NCBI GenBank assembly: GCA_035607285.1
Contig: DATNBZ010000204.1
Location: 18,850-82,849 of the forward strand
Direction of reading: 5' to 3'
DNA: 64,000 nucleotides
Origin: Blastocatellia bacterium
GTDB lineage: Bacteria > Acidobacteriota > Blastocatellia > UBA7656
The notes below the pieces were generated by a model, which was given only the letters and a program-made list of their open reading frames with translations, was not told the origin of the DNA and searched no databases. Below, piece by piece: positions 1 through 7,705 of the stretch. Made by a program: the position numbers and the translations under genes. How positions within the stretch are numbered: the stretch's first letter is position 1; every line of letters begins with the position of its first letter.

Positions 1-1
1 G

Positions 2-295
2 GCCGTTGACGTCGCGATGGGTCTTGCTTCACGAGGATTGATCAGGCCTTTGACGACTACCGGCACCGTCAGCGATGCGCTGCCTGGACGAATCGTGCAC
101 AGCGCTCAGACAACCGAAGGCGGATCCGGCAGCCCGATGTTCGATCGAGACGGTCATGTGATCGCGATCAACTCGGCGATACTGGCAACCACGGATGGGA
201 ACCAGAGCTTTGGCGGCTCAAACTTCGGAGTGCCAATCAAGGCTGCTGCTGAATTGCTGCAGTTGTTGGATAAGGAACCACCCAAGGGCCAGTGA
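2..295 (+). CDS. trypsin-like (chymotrypsin-fold, HtrA-type) serine protease, C-terminal fragment; 5' end outside window
   Basis: Frame is open to the window edge. TEGGSGSPMFDRDGHVIAINSA resembles the active-site serine segment (GDSGGP type) of S1 proteases. Confidence 0.6.
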   Translation, partial: AVDVAMGLASRGLIRPLTTTGTVSDALPGRIVHSAQTTEGGSGSPMFDRDGHVIAINSAILATTDGNQSFGGSNFGVPIKAAAELLQLLDKEPPKGQ

Positions 296-302
296 CAGCC
301 TT

Positions 303-731
303 CTACGCGCGGCGGCCGCGACCTGCGATCTCGACTCCATCAAAACGAAGCAGCTCATCTTCCTTCGTCGGCGGAGGGACCACCTCGAACACAACATTGT
401 CGAATTTTCCATGTCCGCGATAGAAAGACGACTTGTATCCTCGCTTGTTTGTGAACTCGATCAACTGCACTCCCCATTTTCCAAGCGCCGCGTTCTCCGG
501 GATAGGTATGATGACATCAAAGTTTGTTTGCGAAAGATTCTGGTCCGGCGCTAGCGAAGTCTCACCGACCGCCAGCTTGAGCTTGTTCGAACTGGCAGTG
601 CTGAATTGATAACACTGAATGAATATCTTGCGGATCCCGTTGGGATCGTAGGCCGCAACTCTTAGCACCAGTTCGTCACCGGCTACTACTCGAACGTCCG
701 CGCCCCCGTTTATCCCTACACTAACCGACAT
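303..731 (-). CDS. hypothetical protein (beta-rich, possibly Ig-like fold)
   Basis: 142 aa ORF convergent with the protease fragment, with protein-like composition. No motif recognised. Confidence 0.45.
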   Translation of the reverse strand: MSVSVGINGGADVRVVAGDELVLRVAAYDPNGIRKIFIQCYQFSTASSNKLKLAVGETSLAPDQNLSQTNFDVIIPIPENAALGKWGVQLIEFTNKRGYKSSFYRGHGKFDNVVFEVVPPPTKEDELLRFDGVEIAGRGRRA

Positions 732-868
732 AGAGAGTTACCTTTCTAAGTTCAAAGTTGTGTGAGGATTAGTCGAACTTTTGGAGCGGGCTTTTTGCGA
801 TTCTTATTGTCTTGCTTTACGGCGAGGATGATAACCGCCGTCGCGAAGGCAGTCAAGAGTCTGGAGCC

Positions 869-1124
869 AGAGGTCAGAAGTCAGAGGTCAGAAGTCAGAA
901 GTCAGAGGTCAGAAGTCAGAGGTCAGAGGGCAGAAGTCGGAGGTCAGAAGTCAGAGGTCAGAAGTCAGAGGTCAGAGGTCAGAGGTCAGAAGTCAGAGGT
1001 CAGAGGGCAGAAGTCGGAGGTCAGAAGTCAGAAGTCAGAGGTCAGAGGTCGGAGGTCAGAAGTCAGAGGTCGGAAATCAGGGGTCAGAAGTCAGAGGTCA
1101 GAATGCGGAGGTCAGAAGTCAGAG
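869..1124. repeat. tandem heptamer array (RRGTCAG)n, about 35 units; left arm of giant inverted repeat
   Basis: Direct reading: aggtcag/aagtcag units repeated with few substitutions. The array generates spurious SEVRSQRSEV ORFs. Confidence 0.95.
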
Positions 1125-1499
1125 CCGCGAAATTAAGAATGGCGCTGGATCATTGATCATGCCGCCGAGCATCCGGCCCACCTCTGCGCAAGCGCAGGTC
1201 AGGTCCTGATGCTCCTCAGTCGTGATATAGCGACAGTCTCTCGCGAAGTCGAGAGATGAATCAGTTTCACTGTTCTCGCCGTCGCAATCGGTAAGCTTGC
1301 TGACGAAATGCGCTTCATAACGTCGTTTGGCCCAGCCTTCGCGCAGGTTCAAACACACCGACCTTGAAGATCGACGGATTTGACCTGTTAAGGCAAATCT
1401 CTCTTCGGGTGGAAATCTCTTACTGACTTCAAAGATACGCATCGCCAATGTATATGCTTTCTTGTAGACCTCCAAGTCCTTGGCCGAGTTCAGTCGCAT
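1119..1499 (-). CDS. four-helix-bundle protein (23S rRNA intervening-sequence protein family, Avd-like)
   Basis: 126 aa. The segment LEVYKKAYTLAMRIFEVSKRFPPEERFALTGQIRRSSRSVCLNLREGW matches my recollection of the TIGR02436/PF05635 signature. The stop codon lies inside the last heptamer unit. Confidence 0.85.
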   Translation of the reverse strand: MRLNSAKDLEVYKKAYTLAMRIFEVSKRFPPEERFALTGQIRRSSRSVCLNLREGWAKRRYEAHFVSKLTDCDGENSETDSSLDFARDCRYITTEEHQDLTCACAEVGRMLGGMINDPAPFLISRL

Positions 1500-1511
1500 A
1501 GCTCAGACCCC

Positions 1512-1643
1512 CTGATTTCTGACCTCTTTAACTCTTACCTCTCTACCTCTGACCTCTGACTTCTGACCTCTGACCTCTTACTTCTGACCTCTGACTTCTG
1601 ACCTCTGACCTCTGGCCTCTGACTTCTGACTTCTACTTCTGAC
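1512..1643. repeat. tandem heptamer array (CTGACYY)n, about 19 units; right arm, reverse complement of 869-1124
   Basis: ctgacctctgacttctgacc is the exact reverse complement of ggtcagaagtcagaggtcag in the left arm. Confidence 0.95.
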
Positions 1644-3465
1644 CAAACGGGCGCTCCTTGCCTTCCAATGCTTCCTTGTAGGCTCCGTTCGGAATGTCGG
1701 AGCCCATCGCGATCGCCTTTTCGTATTGGAGTATTGCGTCCGCGCGGAATTCCTGAAAATCATAGATCCGCCCGAGAAACACGTAGCTCCACTGAATCAA
1801 CCAGCGTTCGTTCTCCTTCGAAGCATTGTCGATCGCCTTATGGTAAAGCTTGATTGCTCGCTCCAACCGGTCGTGCTGTGCCTGAATCTTGTCATTCTCG
1901 TCAGCTTTGGGATCAAGCTCGACCGCCGCGGAGACTTGCGTCGTGACCTGGGCCATCCCGTAAAGCGCTCTCGCGTTGTCCGGCTCGATGGCAAGAACTT
2001 CATCCAGGAGCGAACGCGCTTCCGCAAATCGCTTCTCGCGAATCAGGTTGTCTGACGTCAGAATCTTTGACGCCATTGCGCCGATTACCGCCGCGGCGGC
2101 AGCGCCTTCACCGCCAGCAGTCCTGGGCGCTTTCGAACGATTGGCCGATATCCGCGCGATCAACGATTCAAACTCCCTGGGCCGCGCGGCTTCGCGGTCG
2201 AACTTCGCAGTCGCGACCATTTGGTCAAAGAAGTCCTCAATACCTATTCCAACTTTCTCGAGCGCCATCAGCGATTCATAAAAGTGAAAGCTCAAGACGG
2301 CCCCTCGCAGGTAAGCCTGCGCAAGATCGTACGTGGCTTCATCCTCAGTGTAGTTCCCTCGCGCCTCGATCGCGCGGAGACGATGCAGCCGAATCTCGGT
2401 CGCTTGCGCCAGGGATTCGCGAACTATCAAGTAGACGCTGTTGCTGTACTGTTTGGTCGCCGCAGGCGCTGAAGCTACAAGTTTGAGAATCGGATCTTTG
2501 TACTCGAGCGATTGCCTTAAGTGCCGCTCGACCATCGGGTCAATTACAAACCTGATCATCGCCTGGCGAACGGCGTCCGTCGCGGCCGCGCGCGAGGGTC
2601 CGACGATCACGATATAATCATCACCGACTCTTCGCGATAACAAATCCTCTTTTTGATTCAGGATGTCGCCTCGCACCGTCGAAGTGTCCATCGCCGCCAG
2701 AGGCTCCGGAATAACAAACACCTGCCTCGATCGGTTGCGAGCATACACCGTCGATTTTTGTGACTTGGCATCCAGGGTTGGCGACCTCACTACGAGCGGC
2801 CGCATGCTGATTACTGTCTCGGGCGCAGCATGAAAGTAGCCGAGCACTTCGTAGATTAATTCGCCGACAGGGGTTCGATACGCCGCCGCATAGGCTGACC
2901 CGATCCCGAGGTATTTGGGAATGAGCTCTCTTATGCCGCTCTTCACGTAGAACTCGCGCACCAGCGGAACAAAATCAAGCAGGGGCTGAAGGTCTTCAGG
3001 GATCGCTCTATTGCTTGATTGGCTGGCGGAATGTTCGCCCTGCTCGATCGCTTGATAAACGGTGAACGCCGGCGGAGGCGTCATCATCAAGCTCAGCGCC
3101 GCGTAGCGCGCGGCATCCGCGGCCTCATCGACGCCCGCTCGCCTGTGCGCCTTGTAGTACGCCGCCAGTTTCTCCTTAACCTGCGGATCGAGTCTTGCGA
3201 GATCCTTTCTCAACTCCGCACGCGCCGGCGAAAGCGGTTGCGCGCCGGTCTCGTAGTCAAACCCTGCCGCGTTGAGCGCTGCCATCACTACAAAAGTCCT
3301 GACATCCGGATCAATCTTGACATTGACTTCCGACGGCGTGATGAACCCCGCGCGAGCCTGCGGCCGATTCTGTACAGGCCTGGTTGCATCGGAAACAGGT
3401 TGCTGCGCCGGCGCCGAGGCTTCCAGACAGCCGAGTAATAGAAACGTACAACATGCTTTTAGCAT
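1633..3465 (-). CDS. secreted TPR-repeat protein of unknown function
   Basis: N-terminal signal-like MLKACCTFLLLGCLEASAPAQQ. The C-terminal third has TPR-like helical repeats (ARALYGMAQV, AIKLYHKAIDN, AILQYEKAIAMG). Confidence 0.7.
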   Translation of the reverse strand: MLKACCTFLLLGCLEASAPAQQPVSDATRPVQNRPQARAGFITPSEVNVKIDPDVRTFVVMAALNAAGFDYETGAQPLSPARAELRKDLARLDPQVKEKLAAYYKAHRRAGVDEAADAARYAALSLMMTPPPAFTVYQAIEQGEHSASQSSNRAIPEDLQPLLDFVPLVREFYVKSGIRELIPKYLGIGSAYAAAYRTPVGELIYEVLGYFHAAPETVISMRPLVVRSPTLDAKSQKSTVYARNRSRQVFVIPEPLAAMDTSTVRGDILNQKEDLLSRRVGDDYIVIVGPSRAAATDAVRQAMIRFVIDPMVERHLRQSLEYKDPILKLVASAPAATKQYSNSVYLIVRESLAQATEIRLHRLRAIEARGNYTEDEATYDLAQAYLRGAVLSFHFYESLMALEKVGIGIEDFFDQMVATAKFDREAARPREFESLIARISANRSKAPRTAGGEGAAAAAVIGAMASKILTSDNLIREKRFAEARSLLDEVLAIEPDNARALYGMAQVTTQVSAAVELDPKADENDKIQAQHDRLERAIKLYHKAIDNASKENERWLIQWSYVFLGRIYDFQEFRADAILQYEKAIAMGSDIPNGAYKEALEGKERPFGQK

Positions 3466-3653
3466 AAGAGTAAAGATAGCCGCGTCGAGAAACAGCGGTC
3501 AAGAACACCGCCACTCTCGACAACACTCAAACGCCTCCAAATGAAGTTGATACATTGAACCATCAATCTGATGAACGAATCTGTTGGTGAAAACGGCATA
3601 GTAATTGCGACTTGAGTAGTAACGGACGTCAAAAACAGAACAGAGGAGGGATT

Positions 3654-3947
3654 ATGAGGTACACAAATACAAACGACGAGCGGGAATCATACAGCAAGCG
3701 TTCGCGTAACTCTTTTTCGAGCGGCCAGGGCAATGCGGCGAAACGGCTATTTCTTTTGATGATCATCTTGATGTGCCTGGCGTTTGCTGGAGCTCAATCC
3801 GCGCCGACCGTACAGGCCAGCGCAGCACAGTGCCCATTATCTTGTGGGCCTCCGGAATTTGATCCGGTTACCGGCGAATGCTTTATGACGTGTTGTCCTG
3901 CGGACCCTGCGGCGAAGTGTGCCTGCGAACGACAACTCTGCAAGTAA
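3654..3947 (+). CDS. small secreted cysteine-rich protein (8 Cys in the last about 38 aa)
   Basis: GAGGAGGG Shine-Dalgarno sits just upstream of the ATG at 3654. A hydrophobic signal/anchor LFLLMIILMCLAFAGAQS is followed by CPLSCGPPEFDPVTGECFMTCCPADPAAKCACERQLCK. Confidence 0.45.
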   Translation: MRYTNTNDERESYSKRSRNSFSSGQGNAAKRLFLLMIILMCLAFAGAQSAPTVQASAAQCPLSCGPPEFDPVTGECFMTCCPADPAAKCACERQLCK

Positions 3948-4070
3948 AGCGTACCGTCTGCAACGGACTGGGCTTCGCTCGATAGCTTAGGCTTGAAGGG
4001 CAGCATCAAGAAAAGCAGCGTCAACTTGAAGCATCTCACGATGACAAGCGCAGAGAGCAACTGACCGTGC

Positions 4071-4158
4071 AAATCCAGTCAATCCGCGTCATCCGCGATC
4101 TATTCTGCACCGATGACTCATAGACCACGGATGACGCAGATTTGACGGATCAGATTGG
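4071..4158. repeat. palindromic intergenic repeat, family F (core AATCYGCGTCATCCGYGRTCTAT in inverted copies)
   Basis: Left arm aatccgcgtcatccgcgatctat pairs with right arm atagaccacggatgacgcagatt. A related copy lies at 50745-50844. Confidence 0.8.
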
Positions 4159-4299
4159 CTTCAGTAGTACAGCTAACAAAATGTCTTGCTTTTCTTGATG
4201 CGTGCCCCTGCGGCGATTCCTACCTGCGGCGCGTGAGCGCGGGGAGCCGAATCCAATCGTCCCCCCGCCTTCGACCAAACGTTCCAACTCGCCGAGAGG

Positions 4300-5853
4300 T
4301 CAGAGCTTTTCTGAAACCGACTTCGCTTGCATGAACAGTGACAGGTAATCGCGGCCTCCTGCCTTCGAGTCAGTTCCCGACATATTGAAACCGCCAAACG
4401 GATGCACGTCGACGAAGGCGCCGGTGCACTTGCGATTCAAATAGAGATTGCCGACGTGAAAATCCGAGCGAGCCTTCTCGAGGCGCCGGCGTTCACGGCT
4501 ATAGACTGCACCTGTCAGACCGAACTGTGTATTGTTCGCAATCTCGAGAGCCGAATCAAAATCGCTCGCCCGAAATGCCGCGAGCACTGGACCAAAGATC
4601 TCTTCCTGAGATATCCGCGCCATCGCATCGACTCCCCCGATCACCGTAGGCTTGATGAAGAACCCGCGCTGATCGTCATTGAGCGGACCTCCACCAGCCA
4701 TCACGTTGCCCTCGCCTTTCCCGATCTCGATATAGTTAAGGATCGAGCCATACGCGCTCTTGCTGGACACCGGGCCCATCCAATTGTCCTGCTCTTTGGT
4801 TGGGCCTACTTTGATTTTGCTCGCGCGATCGGCGACCCGACCGACCAGTTCATCGTACACCTGATCGACTACCACGACTCGCGAACACGCCGAACACTTC
4901 TGGCCTGAGAAACCAAACGCCGAAGTCACCACGCCGTCAACCGCCGCATCCATATCGGCAGTCTCATCGACGACTATGGTGTCTTTGCCGCCCATCTCCG
5001 CGACGACTCGTTTGATCCACAACTGTCCTTCGGCGGTCTTTGCGGCAAGCTCATTGATGTGCAGGCCGACCTCTTTCGATCCGGTGAACGCAATGAAGCG
5101 CGTGCGCGGATTGCCCACCAGATAATCGCCGATCTTGCCGCCGCTGCCGGGAACGAAGTTCAGCACTCCGGGCGGCAGCGAAGCTTCCTCGCAAAGCTCG
5201 ACGAACCTGGCTGCAACGATGGCGCTATCGCTCGAAGGCTTGAGCACGACGGTATTCCCGGTTACAACAGAAGCCAGAACCATCCCAACCGTAATCGCGA
5301 GCGGAAAGTTCCACGGTGGAATCACGATGCCCACGCCGAGCGGAATGTAATACATCTCATTCTGTTCGCCGGCCATCGCCGTCAGAGGATGTTCGCGGCT
5401 ATAGCGAATCATCTCCCGCGCGTAGAAATCCGCGAAGTCGATTGCCTCCGCGACGTCGCCATCGGCTTCCGCCCAGGACTTTCCAACCTCCAGCACCATC
5501 AACGCGGAAAACTCAGTCTTGTGTTTTCGGAGCAGCGCGGCGATCTTGAGCAGGTAACGCGCGCGCACCTCGGGATCGACGCGCTTCCAGTCCTGGAAGG
5601 CGGTAGTCGCAGCTTCGACCGCTTTGTCGGCCAGCTCGACGTTGGCTTTATGCACCAGGCCTATTACCTCATCGTAGTTCGAGGGGTTCACCGACGCGAG
5701 CATATCGCCTGTCTTATAGCGTTTGCCGCCGATGACAATAGGGTATTCGCGTCCGAATTGGGCTTCTACGTTCGCGATGGCCTCGCGCATCTGCGCTGCG
5801 TTGTGTTCGTTTGAGAAATCAACAAATGGTTCGTTCTGAAATGGGGGAAGCAT
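4300..5853 (-). CDS. pruA: L-glutamate gamma-semialdehyde (1-pyrroline-5-carboxylate) dehydrogenase, aldehyde dehydrogenase superfamily
   Basis: 517 aa. ALDH catalytic motifs are present: EMGGKD and FGFSGQKCSACSR. The N-terminus PFQNEPFVDFS is typical of RocA/PruA-type P5CDH. Confidence 0.85.
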   Translation of the reverse strand: MLPPFQNEPFVDFSNEHNAAQMREAIANVEAQFGREYPIVIGGKRYKTGDMLASVNPSNYDEVIGLVHKANVELADKAVEAATTAFQDWKRVDPEVRARYLLKIAALLRKHKTEFSALMVLEVGKSWAEADGDVAEAIDFADFYAREMIRYSREHPLTAMAGEQNEMYYIPLGVGIVIPPWNFPLAITVGMVLASVVTGNTVVLKPSSDSAIVAARFVELCEEASLPPGVLNFVPGSGGKIGDYLVGNPRTRFIAFTGSKEVGLHINELAAKTAEGQLWIKRVVAEMGGKDTIVVDETADMDAAVDGVVTSAFGFSGQKCSACSRVVVVDQVYDELVGRVADRASKIKVGPTKEQDNWMGPVSSKSAYGSILNYIEIGKGEGNVMAGGGPLNDDQRGFFIKPTVIGGVDAMARISQEEIFGPVLAAFRASDFDSALEIANNTQFGLTGAVYSRERRRLEKARSDFHVGNLYLNRKCTGAFVDVHPFGGFNMSGTDSKAGGRDYLSLFMQAKSVSEKL

Positions 5854-5960
5854 GCGTTCAGTTCCTTTCTTATTTGAGCTTCAAGAGACGCACCTAACGT
5901 TAGCAACCACATTCGACGGTGGTCAACTGAATCGAAAGCGGGTGAGTGTTTGTGCGCTCA

Positions 5961-6043
5961 CTCCTCCGCGTCCTCTGCGTCCTCTGCGGTTTGATTTCCA
6001 CCTGATTAGGAAAACCGCAGAGGGCGCAGGGGACGCGGAGGAC
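5961..6043. repeat. palindromic intergenic repeat, family A (arms of about 9 bp GTCCTCNGC units)
   Basis: ctcctccgcgtcctctgcgtcctctgcggttt pairs with aaaccgcagagggcgcaggggacgcggaggac. Confidence 0.9.
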
Positions 6044-6101
6044 TGCCTGCCGGGTTGTGTTTGTTGTGGCGCTGCACGGTCGATTGTTACACTGCTGATC
6101 A

Positions 6102-7487
6102 GTGATTGAAACAACGGGAGGATTCAGATTGTCGAGCTTTGTAAACGGCATCAGGGGTTACGCAATCATTCTCCTGCTCACGGTGTTTCTGTCGGGCGCC
6201 GGTATTGCGCGCCCAGTCTCAGCAAAAGAAAATGCGCTCGGCTCTCCGCGCGCTGCTTTGCTGACACCGAGGGAACGTGCAGACGTCTTTGATGACGTTT
6301 GGGAAATCGTCAATGAGAAGTATTACGATCCCGCTTTCAACGGTGTGAACTGGCGAGCCGTTCGCGAACGCTACCGGCCGCAGATCGACCAGGTTGACGG
6401 CGATCAGGAGTTCTACGGTGTGCTCAAGCGTATGGTAGGCGAGCTGCACGATGCGCACACCCGCTTCAGCACGCCCGAAGAGCGGCGTGAGCGAGAGCGC
6501 TTGCAGGCGGTCAGCGCAGGATTTGCGATTTTCGAGGTCGAGGGCAAGCCGGTCGTCGTCTGGGTGGAACCGAATTCCGACGCCGCGCGCGCCGGTGTAG
6601 AAGAAGGAATGATCGCTCTGACGATCGACGGCAAGCCCATCGCCGAAAAGCTCGCCGAAGCGCGAGCTCGCGTTGCCGGCTCGTCCACGGACCGGGCCGT
6701 GCGGCTGCGCATTTACAGAATGCTCATCGAAGGCGAGCCCGGCACAAGTCTTCGATTGACGCTTGCTCGCGCGGATGGCTCTACCGTTGACGCCTTAGTC
6801 ACTCGACGCGTGGTTCCCGATGCACCGGTCGTCACTTCGCGCCGGCTGCCTTCGGGCGCAGGCTACATCAAGCTGACGCTTTGGAAATCTCCGATAAGAA
6901 GAGATTTCAAGAAAGCGCTGAGACAGTTGGCTGATGCTCCAGGCATTGTGATCGACCTTCGCGGCAACCCGGGCGGCGAGGCCGAAGAGGTCGAGAAGAT
7001 CGCAACCTACTTTTTCAACTCGCATGTCTCGCTCGGCAAGTTTTTCTCGCGTTCGGGCAAGGCAATTTACCTGCGAACAGGCGACGACGAAGAAGTCTAC
7101 AAGGGACGCGTAGTGATTCTCGTCAATGAAGGCTCCGGAAGCGGCTCCGAGTTGTTCGCGGGGGTGATGCAGGAGAGCAAACGCGCGACTATCGTTGGTC
7201 GCAGGAGCTGCGGATGCGTTCTTGGTATCTCGAAGTACAGAAAACTGAAAGGCGGCGGTGAGCTTGCGGTTAGTGAGTATGGATACCAAACTCCGCAAGG
7301 AAAAACCTTTGAAGGAACCGGCGTTGTCCCAAACAGCCCGGTCGAGCTGACGATCAGCGATCTGCGGCAACATCGCGACGCGGCACTTGAAGAAGCAGAA
7401 CGTGTGCTGAAGACGAAAGGCGAAACCAGGACGCTTTCCGGATCGAATCCTCGTTCGTCCCGCGCATCGCAAGCCTATCTCGGGTAG
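6102..7487 (+). CDS. S41 family C-terminal processing peptidase with PDZ domain
   Basis: The IVIDLRGNPGGEAEEV motif is typical of S41, and a PDZ-like GVEEGMIALTIDGKPI is present. A signal/anchor follows the start. The real start may be the TTG at about 6129, after GGGAGG. Confidence 0.85.
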   Translation: MIETTGGFRLSSFVNGIRGYAIILLLTVFLSGAGIARPVSAKENALGSPRAALLTPRERADVFDDVWEIVNEKYYDPAFNGVNWRAVRERYRPQIDQVDGDQEFYGVLKRMVGELHDAHTRFSTPEERRERERLQAVSAGFAIFEVEGKPVVVWVEPNSDAARAGVEEGMIALTIDGKPIAEKLAEARARVAGSSTDRAVRLRIYRMLIEGEPGTSLRLTLARADGSTVDALVTRRVVPDAPVVTSRRLPSGAGYIKLTLWKSPIRRDFKKALRQLADAPGIVIDLRGNPGGEAEEVEKIATYFFNSHVSLGKFFSRSGKAIYLRTGDDEEVYKGRVVILVNEGSGSGSELFAGVMQESKRATIVGRRSCGCVLGISKYRKLKGGGELAVSEYGYQTPQGKTFEGTGVVPNSPVELTISDLRQHRDAALEEAERVLKTKGETRTLSGSNPRSSRASQAYLG

Positions 7488-7701
7488 TGTCCTAAAGTTG
7501 TATTGGTATTCACAGACCCATGACAACGACCTCAGGCGGAGTGACGAACTTATTTGGAGTGCGGCGCGGTCTGTGCATACGCGCCGCTTTGGCTCTTGGT
7601 GGCGATTCAAAGCAGCCAAAGCGGCGCGTATGCACAGACCGCGCCGCACTCCAAAAAACGTCGCGCCGGTTTCCTCGTCGGCCAACACAACTTTAGGACA
7701 C
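7487..7701. repeat. 215 bp palindromic element with perfect 41 bp inner stem and 15 bp outer inverted repeats
   Basis: 7554-7594 ttggagtgcggcgcggtctgtgcatacgcgccgctttggct is the exact reverse complement of 7614-7654. The outer pair is gtgtcctaaagttgt / acaactttaggacac. The element fills the gap between convergent genes. Confidence 0.95.
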
Positions 7702-7705
7702 CACC

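Noticed and set aside
762-1156. Two overlapping plus-strand ORFs (124 and 114 aa) with SEVRSQRSEVRGQ repeats.
   Set aside because: They are simply translations of the tandem heptamer array. The 7 bp period cycles through all frames every three units and contains no stop codons, so the open frame is not evidence of coding.
1119-1499. The Avd-like gene as part of a diversity-generating retroelement.
   Set aside because: No reverse transcriptase ORF and no template/variable repeat pair are recognisable anywhere in the window. The gene is isolated between repeat arrays.
869-1643. The short-repeat arrays (here and at 14087, 45224) as possible CRISPR arrays.
   Set aside because: The units are 7 bp, directly abutting, with no unique spacers. 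The arrays come in inverted pairs, and no cas genes are present.
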